This document shows, one piece after another, positions 42,158-51,848 of a DNA stretch of 51,961 nt. The stretch is from Desulfurococcales archaeon ex4484_217_1. GTDB taxonomy: Archaea; Thermoproteota; Thermoprotei_A; EX4484-217-1. The stretch lies in the NCBI GenBank assembly GCA_002254745.1, contig NJED01000013.1:1-51961 (forward strand), given 5' to 3'. Within the stretch, counting starts at the first letter, position 1. Every line of letters starts with the position of its first letter. The notes under the pieces are model-generated. The model did no database searches. It saw only the letters and a list, made by a program, of their open reading frames with translations, and was not told the DNA's origin. The position numbers were made by a program, and so were the translations under genes.

Positions 42158-43102
42158 ATGAGACATACGTTCGTACCTCCTAAACGTATTAGACCTGAAG
42201 GTTTAAGATATATAAGAAGCGATGGCAAGCCTAACTTCTCTTCTAGGGTTTATGAAAAACCCAGCGAGTTATCGATAATAGCTAAAAGACCTGTAGTAAC
42301 AATCACCCACATTAAACCTGTAGGTGAAGCCATTAAGGTAATGACTGTTAAAGGCTATAGGAGATTACCTGTAACAACAGCTACAGGAGTTCTTAAGGGA
42401 ATGCTAGCAGCAACAGATATTGTTAACTACTTTGGTGGTGGAGAATACTATAACATAGTGTTAAACAGGCACAACGGTAACATATATAGAGCATTAACAG
42501 AGCCCATAAAGTCAATTATGAGTAAAAACCCCATATATGCTACTACAATTGATGACTTAACATATGTTATAGAGTTAATGGTAAAATACGGTGTAGGTGC
42601 TGTACCCGTAGTTGATGAAGAAACAATGAAGGTATATGGTATTGTAACAGAAAGAGATATTGTAAATCATTTACGAGAGAAAACTTTGGGTATCAAAGTT
42701 TCGGAGTTCATGACGAAAAACGTTATTACGATTCCTCAAGACTCCTCAATAAAGGAGGCAGCTAAAACAATAGTTAAGATGGGTTTTAGAAGATTACCTA
42801 TAGTGGACGATAAAGGCTATGTTAAAGGAATGATAACAGCTAGAAGCATAGTAAGATTTTTAGGGTCAAGCAAGGTTTTCGAATACGTTATCTCAGGAAG
42901 TGTTGAAGAAGCTTTAAGTGCTCCAGTAACGGCTGCAATTATAAGTAAAATCGTAACTGTAAATCCAGATGTAGATATAGGTGAAGCGGTAAATGAAATG
43001 ATAAAACATAAGGTAGGCTCCGTGCTTGCTGTAGAAGGTAATAGGCTTGTAGGAATACTTACTGAGAGAGACGTTATGTATGCTCTAGCTTTAAAAAGAT
43101 AA
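42158..43102 (+). CDS. CBS-domain protein (two pairs)
   Basis: RRLPV, DIVNYFGGG, GIVTERD repeats. Confidence 0.9.
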   Translation: MRHTFVPPKRIRPEGLRYIRSDGKPNFSSRVYEKPSELSIIAKRPVVTITHIKPVGEAIKVMTVKGYRRLPVTTATGVLKGMLAATDIVNYFGGGEYYNIVLNRHNGNIYRALTEPIKSIMSKNPIYATTIDDLTYVIELMVKYGVGAVPVVDEETMKVYGIVTERDIVNHLREKTLGIKVSEFMTKNVITIPQDSSIKEAAKTIVKMGFRRLPIVDDKGYVKGMITARSIVRFLGSSKVFEYVISGSVEEALSAPVTAAIISKIVTVNPDVDIGEAVNEMIKHKVGSVLAVEGNRLVGILTERDVMYALALKR

Positions 43103-43129
43103 GACTAGATTAACGGTGTATCTCGTACA

Positions 43130-43607
43130 ATGTCGAAAAAGCTAAAGTTCATAGCAGACACAATGCTTGGAAGCTTAGCTAGATGGCTTAGAATGCTAGG
43201 ATACGACACACTATATTCCAGAGACTATAGTGACAAAGAAATATTAGAACTAGCTTCTAAAGATTCCAGAATAATATTAACCAGGGATTTAAGCCTCCAT
43301 AGGAAAGCTCAAAAACGCAAATTAAAATCCATATATTTAGAAAATGAAACTATTCAAGGAAAATTGGCCTTATTAGCTTTAAAACTGAAAATAAACCTTG
43401 AACTAAACCCTGATAATTCAAGATGCCCCATATGCAATGGTATCTTAGTTAGGGCTTCGAAAGAAGAGGTGTTAAATAAGGTGGGTATGTACTTCCTGCG
43501 GTAAAGTGTATTGGAAAGGTAAGCACTGGACAACTATGAATAAAATATTAAGTGAGGTTAGGGAAAGAATAACTTACGAGCGTGGGGAAAGTGGTTTCAC
43601 TAAGTGA
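43130..43607 (+). pseudogene. Mut7-C RNase (PIN-like + Zn ribbon), frameshifted near 43482
   Basis: FIADTMLGSLARWLRMLGYD, LTRD, RCPICNG; WVCTSCGKVYWKGKHW lies in another frame. Confidence 0.88.
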
Positions 43608-44202
43608 ATTCACGTTGGAAGATGGGAAGTACCTTGTAAGTCTTGCTAGAAGAACTGTTGAAACATATCTTAAAGCTGGAATTAAAATAACTACCCCTAA
43701 GAATTTACCTTCAAAATACTATGAAAAACTAGGCGTATTTGTAACTATAGAGTGCTTAAAACAAGTAGGTATAAAAGCAATTAAAGAGCTACGAGGGTGC
43801 ATAGGGTACCCTTACCCTATTAAGCCATTAATTGAGGCATTAATAGATTCGGCAATATCAGCTGCTGTTGAAGACCCTCGGTTCCCACCGATGAAATACC
43901 ATGAATTAGACGATGTTGTTTTCGAAGTCTCTATTTTGTCTAAACCTGAAGAAATTAAGGTTAGTAGTAGAAAGGAACTACCTAAACACATTGTTATCGG
44001 TAGAGACGGATTAATTGTAGAATATGGGTGGTTTAAAGGACTCCTACTACCACAAGTTCCTGTTGAATATAAGTGGGATACTGAAACATTTCTTGCAGAA
44101 ACATGTATGAAAGCAGGTTTACCCCCTGATTCCTGGCTAATAAGTGATGTTAAAGTTTATAGGTTTGAAGCAGTAATATTTTGCGAAAAAACACCTAATT
44201 AG
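43582..44202 (+). CDS. AMMECR1-domain protein, possibly 3'-truncated
   Basis: GVFVT, LRGCIG, AAVEDPRF, GLLLPQVP, C.KAGL. Confidence 0.92.
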   Translation: MGKVVSLSEFTLEDGKYLVSLARRTVETYLKAGIKITTPKNLPSKYYEKLGVFVTIECLKQVGIKAIKELRGCIGYPYPIKPLIEALIDSAISAAVEDPRFPPMKYHELDDVVFEVSILSKPEEIKVSSRKELPKHIVIGRDGLIVEYGWFKGLLLPQVPVEYKWDTETFLAETCMKAGLPPDSWLISDVKVYRFEAVIFCEKTPN

Positions 44203-44285
44203 TTGTCATCGATAGTTCAAAGGAAATTCCATGCAAAGAGAATATATTTACTCTTTCCTATGGTAAGAGAAAAATATATGCTTAC

Positions 44286-44774
44286 GTGGAATTAGAGAAA
44301 CCCCCGCTACTCAAGACAGCAATGAAGTTTATGGAAAATATTCTTTTAGGAAAGAAGAATATAAGCAATAAGGACCCATTCATACAGCTATTTAGCATTG
44401 AGGGGGCACTAGTAGTTAACCCCCCTGGTATCGCCGTAAATAAGTGCAATAATAACGAGGTAGTTCTCATAGCTGTTTTTAAAGAAGCTATAAATAACGT
44501 ACCTTTGTCAAAAATGGAAAAGGAAATTTCGTTGAGCTTCACTGAACTTTCACAATACTATTCACGTGAACATTGTAAAGTAAGGTTTTTTAGTGAAATA
44601 TCGAAAAAATATGCCCAAGCTTCCTCATGCATCAATGAAAATATGTTCTTCCTCGTTAAACGTAACATCATGGAAAAGGCTATTAAAAAACTAATACTTA
44701 AAGGCGTAGACCCCGATGAAATATACGTCCTAGGATTGTTCAGCAAATGCTGCATAGTTTCTCACCGAACATAG
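44286..44774 (+). CDS. Hypothetical protein; boundaries uncertain
   Basis: 162-aa ORF with no recognised motif. Confidence 0.4.
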   Translation: MELEKPPLLKTAMKFMENILLGKKNISNKDPFIQLFSIEGALVVNPPGIAVNKCNNNEVVLIAVFKEAINNVPLSKMEKEISLSFTELSQYYSREHCKVRFFSEISKKYAQASSCINENMFFLVKRNIMEKAIKKLILKGVDPDEIYVLGLFSKCCIVSHRT

Positions 44775-44947
44775 ATTCCTAACATATTAATACACCTAGT
44801 TCAGGCAACATGGCTCCTGTTCTATGCTCAGACTTAAGTCTACTAATTATACGGTCCCTAGCATGGTCAAGATTGATTAAAGAATAATCAGAGCATTTAA
44901 TGTACCTAGGAACTTGAAAAATGAAAAATAATCACTACCAATTATGG

Positions 44948-45667
44948 CTAAGTAAGATCTCCGCAAACGCAGAATGCTTCGTGGACTAGGTAGTGTAGTT
45001 CCTCTATTCCTTCACCTGTTTTTGCTGAAACTATTACTGGCCTTAATGACTGGCTAAACTCCCTAACTATGTCTGTAACTCTTCATAACTAACTCTTTAA
45101 ACGCATCAGTGTCTTCTACTATGAGCTTTACTGTTTCACGGTCTTTAATAAGATCTGCCTTATTGACTATCGGAACAACAGTTATATCAACAACAGTTAT
45201 ATCTAGTCTTAGCTGGATGAGTATTGATGTTGTCCATGCAACTACAAGGTCTATAGGTGTTGACATTGTTTCACCATCAACGATGAAAACTCCAACTGTA
45301 GGGCCTAGCTCCTTAAGTTTAGAGATAAAGTAGTGGCCGCTACCTCCATTTGCCCGGGAGTATCTATTATCACGAAATCATATCTTCTCTTGAAGACTTC
45401 ATGGCTAAGTGTTTTGTCTGAGTATTCTAGAATCATATCGCTTGCTTTCATGAATGCTCCATTAGGTCCTAAACCATACTTCGCCATTAGCTCTTCAACT
45501 GTGAAAAGTTTTCTAACATCGAAGTCGGGTTTGTAGGGTATTACTTTAGCTCCGGGATCAAGATTTACAATACCTACATTGTAACCTTGCTTCTTCAACC
45601 ATTCACTATAGTATTTAGTTAAGCTTGTTTTCCCTGAACCCGCGGTTCCTAACATTACTACGAACAA
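44948..45667 (-). pseudogene. GPN-loop GTPase with two frameshifts and a 15-nt duplication
   Basis: GTAGSGKT, NLDPG, LGPNG, DTPGQME, NKAD and VSAKTGEG..HEAFCVCGDLT* spread over three segments. Confidence 0.9.
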
Positions 45668-45750
45668 TAGTCTTTCACCTATGGTAGAAACTACCTAGTA
45701 AACAACATACATATTGTTTATGCTAAATTAGGTTATTAGCCTAGTTTATG

Positions 45751-47565
45751 TTAAGGCATTTTTGCTTCTTCTACTCTCCTAAGCTGCTTCTTATACATTT
45801 CAGCTATTTCATGGACTGTAGTAGCATCTTCTGGTCCTTTATCAGGTCTCCACCTTATGAATCTTGGGAATCTAATGGCTAACCCTGCTCCTGGCTTCAT
45901 CTTACCCCAGTAGCATGTATGTATTGGTGATAACGTTATTTCGGCACCTATTATTTCAGCAACTATCTGCGGAACAAACCATACGTCAGCTTCCATTTTG
46001 GAATCTACACGAGGATGCTTATGGTCTATTATTAAGTCCTTGAACATTTCGGGAAGCTTCTCTAAATCCTCATCTGTGAAACCACTACCTACTTTACATA
46101 CTGTTCTAAACACGTCTGCTTCAGGATCGTATGCTGCCATAAGTAATGCACCATAAGTTCCAGCTCTTCTACCTCTACCGTAGAATGCTCCAACAGCTAC
46201 AAGATCTACTGTGTCCATCATTTCGCTCTTATAATCTCTCTTATACTTAATCCACAACCAACCTCTTGCCCCCGCCTGATATATTGCGTTCTGATGTAGT
46301 GCTTTAGCTACTATACCCTCACAACCGCTCTCTATGGCTTTCAGGAAGAACTCCTCTATTTCATCAGGGTTATCCGTGATTATTGCTTCAGCAAGTCTGA
46401 ACCTGTCAGTTTCATCAATAATACTCTTAAGTTTCTCTCTTCTCTCAATAATTGGCTTTTGAGTGTAATCCACGCCATCAGCGTACAGTAAATCAAATAG
46501 GAATACTGAAACAGGATACTCCTTCATAGCGGTATGAATATCGTGTTTTCTCCTTCTCCTCATAAGTTCCTGGAATGGCCTTAGTTCACCAGTGTCTGGG
46601 TCTATGCACACTATTTCTCCTTCAACAATAGCTTCGTTTGCTTTAATGTAATTCCTAGCATAGTCTTGAACATCAGGATACTGGTGGGTTATGTTTTCTA
46701 GTCTTCTAGAGAAAATCCATATTTTATCTCCCTTCTTATGTATTTGAGCTCTCTCACCATCATACTTAAATTCCGCAAGAACCTTACCCCCAGTTTTCAT
46801 AAGTATTTCCCTTGGAGAACTAAGTCTTTCAGCAAGCATCGGTCTAATAGGTCTACCAACAGTAACGGCCATTGTCTTTAAAGCTTCAATACCTTTCTCA
46901 GCTAGAAGCCTTGCAACATAACCTAAATCACTACATAGGTTATACGCTCTCTCAATAACCGGTCTAGCCAGCTTTGTTTTACCGTAAACTATTGCTAAAG
47001 CATCCATCATAGTTGCTTCAGCAACACCTAATCTCAACCTACCCTCAACAATTCTAACCAGGTACTTTGCCTCCTTAGCTGTAGCATCTTGAAGTAGTCC
47101 TCCAAGAAGCTTCACTTTTAAATCTATTGACCCCGGACCCGTCGTCTTAGCTATCTTATCTAGTGTTGTATACACTCTAGTTACCGTTAAAGGCTTAACA
47201 ACCTGTATGCCGAAGAACGCTGTTAAAGCTGCCTGCCTCTTCTTAGACTTTAATATTTCAGCAGCTTTACCTAAATCTCCAAGCCTCTTAAACTCCTTCT
47301 CAACAACACCATCTGAGAAACCAGTAGCCATAGATATTGCTCTAATTATAAGTCTCTCGCCAATACCTAGCTCAGGCATTCCCATCCAGTCTGGGTAGAG
47401 TTTACCCTGCATTAAGTAAACAACTTTATCAATAACTTCAGCAGGTGTTTTTCTAAACAACTGAACAAGTAGAGCAGTCATTTCAGTACGTTTCGTCGTT
47501 AATTCAAGCTTCTCAAATATGTCGGTTAGTGCTTTAAACTCTAAATCCCCTTTAACCGCAGACAC
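45751..47565 (-). CDS. lig: ATP-dependent DNA ligase
   Basis: PMLA, EFKYDGERAQ, EGEIV, FDLLY, EGIVAK, WIKYKRDY, RFPRF. Confidence 0.97.
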   Translation of the reverse strand: MSAVKGDLEFKALTDIFEKLELTTKRTEMTALLVQLFRKTPAEVIDKVVYLMQGKLYPDWMGMPELGIGERLIIRAISMATGFSDGVVEKEFKRLGDLGKAAEILKSKKRQAALTAFFGIQVVKPLTVTRVYTTLDKIAKTTGPGSIDLKVKLLGGLLQDATAKEAKYLVRIVEGRLRLGVAEATMMDALAIVYGKTKLARPVIERAYNLCSDLGYVARLLAEKGIEALKTMAVTVGRPIRPMLAERLSSPREILMKTGGKVLAEFKYDGERAQIHKKGDKIWIFSRRLENITHQYPDVQDYARNYIKANEAIVEGEIVCIDPDTGELRPFQELMRRRRKHDIHTAMKEYPVSVFLFDLLYADGVDYTQKPIIERREKLKSIIDETDRFRLAEAIITDNPDEIEEFFLKAIESGCEGIVAKALHQNAIYQAGARGWLWIKYKRDYKSEMMDTVDLVAVGAFYGRGRRAGTYGALLMAAYDPEADVFRTVCKVGSGFTDEDLEKLPEMFKDLIIDHKHPRVDSKMEADVWFVPQIVAEIIGAEITLSPIHTCYWGKMKPGAGLAIRFPRFIRWRPDKGPEDATTVHEIAEMYKKQLRRVEEAKMP

Positions 47566-47630
47566 AATTATTCCCCTAAATATATGTTAGGTGGAGAATA
47601 AACTTAAACGCTTAGGGTACAATAGTTTAG

Positions 47631-47693
47631 AACCCTGTGATGATTACCCGGCAAGTCTGAGTTAATGATTGATCACGAGTTACGCTGAGGGTT
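47631..47693 (+). ncRNA. Box C/D sRNA with a guide to 23S rRNA
   Basis: AACCCT/AGGGTT stem; GTGATGA-TTACCCGGCAAGT-CTGA-GTTA-ATGATTGA-TCACGAGTTACG-CTGA. Confidence 0.88.
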
Positions 47694-47719
47694 TCTTAAC
47701 CTTTTAGAGGTGTGGTTTA

Positions 47720-48628
47720 TTGGAGAAAATAATCGTCTTTTCAATACTCTACTGCATAACATATCTCGAAAACATGAAACTGAGAAGCAAAAATGAGGTC
47801 CTCATGGAGGAAAATAGGGAATTAAGAATAGTTAAGGAGGAGTATGAGAAGGTTCTCCAAAACTACACTAAATTAGCTGAAAAATATAGCGAAACTGTAG
47901 AAGTAATTAAGAAGTATGAACATGAAATATCAGTAATTAAGACCCTATCAACAGTAGCCTTCCGCGACAAGCTCATGGAGTTAGCTAGTAAAATAAATGA
48001 GAGAGTTCATGGGGGAAAGAACTTTATTAGACCTAATGAAGTAGAAGACGTTGTTAAAAATATTATTGGACATAAGTTCAACGAGAAAACCCTAGGGAAA
48101 GACCTTTACCAAGCGTTCTCATATGTAGTAAGAACCATTAAATACTCTAAGGACTCAATATACCCTGTTATTAAGGAGGTAAATGTTAGCGTAGAAGACG
48201 CTACCTACAACATAACTGTAGAAGTAGATTGGATTACTGAAGTATATCAAACGCCTTTGGAAACCATAGAACGAGGAGAAGGAGACTGCGAAGATATGGC
48301 GTACTTAGCTGCGAGCATTATTCAAAACTATTTAGGAGAAAATAAGGATTACGAAGTATACGTTTTCCAAGTACTATGGAATGGTGGAGGACATGCAGCC
48401 CTAATAGTAAGACATAGGTGCGGAACAATAGCGATAATAGATCCTGCTGGAAAATACTATACGGGAAAAGCTAACACCGTAGAATTCAATGATGCCAGAG
48501 ACGGGCTTCTTAAATGGTTTGAATATTGGGGTATAAATGAGTATAACTTCAGAAAAGCATGGTTCGTAAGCGTTATTGGTGAAGCTTACATAGACAGTAT
48601 TGAAAGCGCTATTAGCTTCTTAGACTAG
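47720..48628 (+). CDS. Membrane-anchored transglutaminase-like cysteine protease domain protein
   Basis: Hydrophobic N-terminus, coiled coil, P.ET...GDCED.A, GHAA, IIDP triad. Confidence 0.85.
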   Translation: MEKIIVFSILYCITYLENMKLRSKNEVLMEENRELRIVKEEYEKVLQNYTKLAEKYSETVEVIKKYEHEISVIKTLSTVAFRDKLMELASKINERVHGGKNFIRPNEVEDVVKNIIGHKFNEKTLGKDLYQAFSYVVRTIKYSKDSIYPVIKEVNVSVEDATYNITVEVDWITEVYQTPLETIERGEGDCEDMAYLAASIIQNYLGENKDYEVYVFQVLWNGGGHAALIVRHRCGTIAIIDPAGKYYTGKANTVEFNDARDGLLKWFEYWGINEYNFRKAWFVSVIGEAYIDSIESAISFLD

Positions 48629-49139
48629 ACCTTTTCTTCTTAGTTTTCTCGAACATTTTCTCTAAAGTCCATTTAATAGAGCTTTTAATATCCATTCTCC
48701 TACGCTCATCAAATATGTTTTTAAGCCTAATTTCCTTGATTATCTTCCTATCAACTATAATTTCGTAGTCAAAAGCTTTTGAAGGGTCAAGCTGACCTCT
48801 CTCTATACGGTCTAAATCCTTCTTTTTAATACCTTCAAGAACTCTTGCTATGAAGAACTGTCTGAACGGAGGAACATCTACTGAAAGTTCGGTAAAAGGT
48901 ACTATTCTCATCTCAGTTTTTCCAACATACATTTCGGCTAATAATGTTCCATCAGAGCTTCTTAGAGGCACTATTTTCTCTCCAGGCCTAGGCTCAGCTT
49001 TTATAGGGCTATGGGGACCTATCATACCGGACTCTAATAAGCTAAGTATTAGTTCAAGAACCTCCTTTTCTTTCTTAAGTTCTTGAATCTTCTCTTCAAG
49101 AAACTTCTTAATTTCATCAACCTTTATGTGTTCACCCAT
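48612..49139 (-). CDS. Hypothetical protein with N-terminal coiled coil
   Basis: 175-aa ORF containing PPFRQFF..RVL and W.LEKM segments. Confidence 0.75.
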   Translation of the reverse strand: MGEHIKVDEIKKFLEEKIQELKKEKEVLELILSLLESGMIGPHSPIKAEPRPGEKIVPLRSSDGTLLAEMYVGKTEMRIVPFTELSVDVPPFRQFFIARVLEGIKKKDLDRIERGQLDPSKAFDYEIIVDRKIIKEIRLKNIFDERRRMDIKSSIKWTLEKMFEKTKKKRSSLRS

Positions 49140-49234
49140 TACCTAGAAACCACCCTATGCAACCACTAGTCAAATTATTAGTATGGGGAAATAAAAACTA
49201 TATTATTTTTGCGGCATTTTATTTAGCTGTTCTT

Positions 49235-50395
49235 CTACTCTTTATAAACTACTTTCCCTTCAGCAACTACAAGTTTTGGCGTTGAACTCAGTAGGAATGG
49301 GTCATTATTCCATACTGTAAAACTAGCCCACTTACCTTGCTCTAAACTACCAAGTTTATCATTCATTCCTAATATTTTAGCATTATTCAACGTTATAATA
49401 GATAATGCTTCATCCTTGCTCATACCGTACTTTATGAAAAACCTCAATTGCAAGTAGAGATTTCTCTGAAGAACTACGGGATGGTCTGTCATTAATCCAA
49501 AAAATGGTTTCACTTCAACAAGGTACTTTACATTTCTCCAGCTTTCATGTTTTAACTCTGTTTTGTATGGGAAAGAATCTATAGGGCCGTAAACTATAGG
49601 TACGTTTTCCCTCTTTAACCTCTGAAACACTTCTTTACTATGGACATCGCAGGCATGTTCTACTGTGATTCTTAGGTTAAACTCTCTGCGTAGCATCAGT
49701 AAGCACATGATATCGTCTTCCTTATGTACATGTACTCTTAAAATTTCTTCGCCTTTGACTATGGGAAATAACATTCTCAGTTCAGGATCAAATTCTTCTT
49801 CAACTTTCTTACCTTGTTCTATAAGCTTTAATGCGTCTTTTGCTTTTATAAGCCATTTTCTGAAAATCCCTATACCGCCCATTCTAGTATATGGTCTTAA
49901 GCCCTTCCAGTTAGTTGTTCTTCTGGGATTGAACCCTAATGCTGCTTTAACACCAGCATGCTTAATGTATGCTTCCTCCAAATTTTTAGCATAGTTTCTT
50001 ATTACAACGCCTTTACCTCCAATAATATTTCCACTTCCAGGTAAAACACACGAGTACAATACACCCCATTCTATGGACTCTTTAAAGCTTTTATCGTCCA
50101 TGTAGATGCTGTAGAGCGCGTCAACGTGCGGTAGAATACTGTCGTACTCTTCGTTTGCCTCATCTTCCTCCGTAGGTTCACCTGCTCTACGCATACCTAT
50201 GTGACAGTGCGGGTCCACGAATGCAGGTGTTATTACGTTTTCCGGGTTTTCATCAACTATTTCTGCATCTTTAGGAATGTCTTTAGTTATTTCCTTGATA
50301 ATATCGTTTTCCCATACAATGTATGCGTTTTTAATAATTTTACCCGGAATTCCAGTGTAAATTACTTTGGCTCTTATAGCCTTCATAACTTCCAC
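49235..50395 (-). CDS. Metal-dependent amidohydrolase
   Basis: P.FVDPHCHIG, PGSGNIIGG, VHVH, EHA, TDHPV, GSLEQGK.A. Confidence 0.92.
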   Translation of the reverse strand: MEVMKAIRAKVIYTGIPGKIIKNAYIVWENDIIKEITKDIPKDAEIVDENPENVITPAFVDPHCHIGMRRAGEPTEEDEANEEYDSILPHVDALYSIYMDDKSFKESIEWGVLYSCVLPGSGNIIGGKGVVIRNYAKNLEEAYIKHAGVKAALGFNPRRTTNWKGLRPYTRMGGIGIFRKWLIKAKDALKLIEQGKKVEEEFDPELRMLFPIVKGEEILRVHVHKEDDIMCLLMLRREFNLRITVEHACDVHSKEVFQRLKRENVPIVYGPIDSFPYKTELKHESWRNVKYLVEVKPFFGLMTDHPVVLQRNLYLQLRFFIKYGMSKDEALSIITLNNAKILGMNDKLGSLEQGKWASFTVWNNDPFLLSSTPKLVVAEGKVVYKE

Positions 50396-50449
50396 TCCAA
50401 AACTTCTCTAGGAAAATTTCTTATAAAAGCCTACGCTCTAGGGAATTAG

Positions 50450-50506
50450 TGGATGATGAGAACAGGGTTGCCTAGGGCTTGATGAAGAAGAGTTACTCCG
50501 CTGAAT
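50450..50506 (+). ncRNA. Box C/D sRNA
   Basis: ATGATGA 50453-50459, degenerate D', TGATGA 50480-50485, guide AGAAGAGTTACTCCG, CTGA 50501-50504; TTATAAAA upstream. Confidence 0.8.
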
Positions 50507-50517
50507 ATGATTTTAAT

Positions 50518-51219
50518 TCACGCAACCAGTTTGAGTTTAAGAACTGTTTTAAGAAAATGTATAATATCGGTTATTTTCAGTTTAGATTTCCCTATAACCC
50601 TATTAACGAATACTATGGGATATTCAACTATCTTAAGTCCTAGAAGTTTTGCTATGTAAAGTGATTCAACTTGGAACTCGTATCCTTTAGCTTTAATTCT
50701 CGAAGCTATTTTCTCAAAAGCTTCCCTACGATACATTCTAAAACCTGTTGTAACATCATTTACGTTTAAGCCTAGAATAGTTCTCGCTATGAAGTTAGCT
50801 GTCTTACTTATAATTTTCCTATGCACTTTCCAACCAATTATCCTCCCCCCTTCAACATACCTGCTTCCGAGAACAATATCTGCCCGCTTCTCTTTCAACT
50901 CCTTTAGAAACAATGGAATATACTTGGGATTATGGCTTAAATCAGCGTCCATTGTTACAATACATTCTCCCTTAGAAACCTTGAACCCATCTATATAGGC
51001 TGATCCTAAACCTAGCTTAGCTGGTCTCGCAACTAACTTTACATTAGAATATTTCTTCATACACTTTTTCACAAACTCTATAGTACCATCAGTACTTCCG
51101 TCGTCAACAACTATGATTTCTAGATTTAGGTTTAAGTTTTGAAGCGCAGGTATTAGTTTTTCCAAGTTCTCTCTTTCATTTATTGTAGGTAGTATTACGC
51201 TTACTTCCTTCTTAACCAC
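50518..51219 (-). CDS. GT2 polyprenol/dolichol-phosphate mannosyltransferase-like
   Basis: VILPT.NE, VDDGSTDGT, GLGSAY, MDADLSH.P, GSRYV.GG, D.TTGFR. Confidence 0.92.
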   Translation of the reverse strand: MVKKEVSVILPTINERENLEKLIPALQNLNLNLEIIVVDDGSTDGTIEFVKKCMKKYSNVKLVARPAKLGLGSAYIDGFKVSKGECIVTMDADLSHNPKYIPLFLKELKEKRADIVLGSRYVEGGRIIGWKVHRKIISKTANFIARTILGLNVNDVTTGFRMYRREAFEKIASRIKAKGYEFQVESLYIAKLLGLKIVEYPIVFVNRVIGKSKLKITDIIHFLKTVLKLKLVA

Positions 51220-51609
51220 TTAGGTTTTCCTCAAACCTTTTTTAAGGAAACTAGACAATTCCTTATGTATTTCTTTTATAACATTATCTAATTCCTCATC
51301 TCTTACGTTTTTTAACCATATCCTAGCTGAGATTGTTTCGCTAAGGTCCTTGCTTACATGACCTATAAGCTCCATGTTCGCTATAATGTCGCTAAACCTG
51401 TCTAAGCCTACTTCACTAAGGGATTTAGGTTTATAGTAAACTAGTTTTTCCCCTTCAACCTCTACTTCGTCAGTAATTGGGAAGAACCATTTCCTAACAT
51501 ATACGTCCATTGAAATGAGAATTAGTCCTGATGTTAAGGGCATAATTATTGCTCTATTAAACTTATCTATCCACAATTCTCTTACACTATCAACATCTAC
51601 TAAATGCAA
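51220..51609 (-). CDS. Hypothetical protein; start uncertain
   Basis: 129-aa ORF directly abutting the GT2 gene. Confidence 0.55.
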   Translation of the reverse strand: MHLVDVDSVRELWIDKFNRAIIMPLTSGLILISMDVYVRKWFFPITDEVEVEGEKLVYYKPKSLSEVGLDRFSDIIANMELIGHVSKDLSETISARIWLKNVRDEELDNVIKEIHKELSSFLKKGLRKT

Positions 51610-51626
51610 TTTAGAATATTCCTCGT

Positions 51627-51848
51627 TTAGTAAAGTTTTAGTTCAAATCCGTCAAATGGGCACTTATAGTGTAGTCTTTTAGCGTCGGCATCGCAATATA
51701 GTATTTTAAATCCTTTACTATGGCATTTAGGGCAATAGTATATGGTGTCTTTGACTATGTTAAGCTTTTTAGCGCAAATATAGCATTTAGCGGTAATCCA
51801 TCCCCTATGACCCATAGCCGAAGCTCCAGCTATAGACCCTAGAGACAC
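51627..51848 (-). CDS. Small Cys-rich Zn-finger protein
   Basis: CYIC, CPKC, CDAD, CPFD pairs; GGTGAGG SD before the GTG start. Confidence 0.75.
   Translation of the reverse strand: MSLGSIAGASAMGHRGWITAKCYICAKKLNIVKDTIYYCPKCHSKGFKILYCDADAKRLHYKCPFDGFELKLY

Noticed and set aside
44775..44947. Possible small ORF or RNA between the hypothetical gene and the GPN 3' end
   Set aside because: Only short frames without a convincing start or motif, and no C/D boxes in the right order.
45725..45747. AAATTAGGTTATTAGCCTAGTTT as a third DtxR site
   Set aside because: The spacing differs from the two local operators and no metal gene is nearby. It is more likely a hairpin after lig, or chance.
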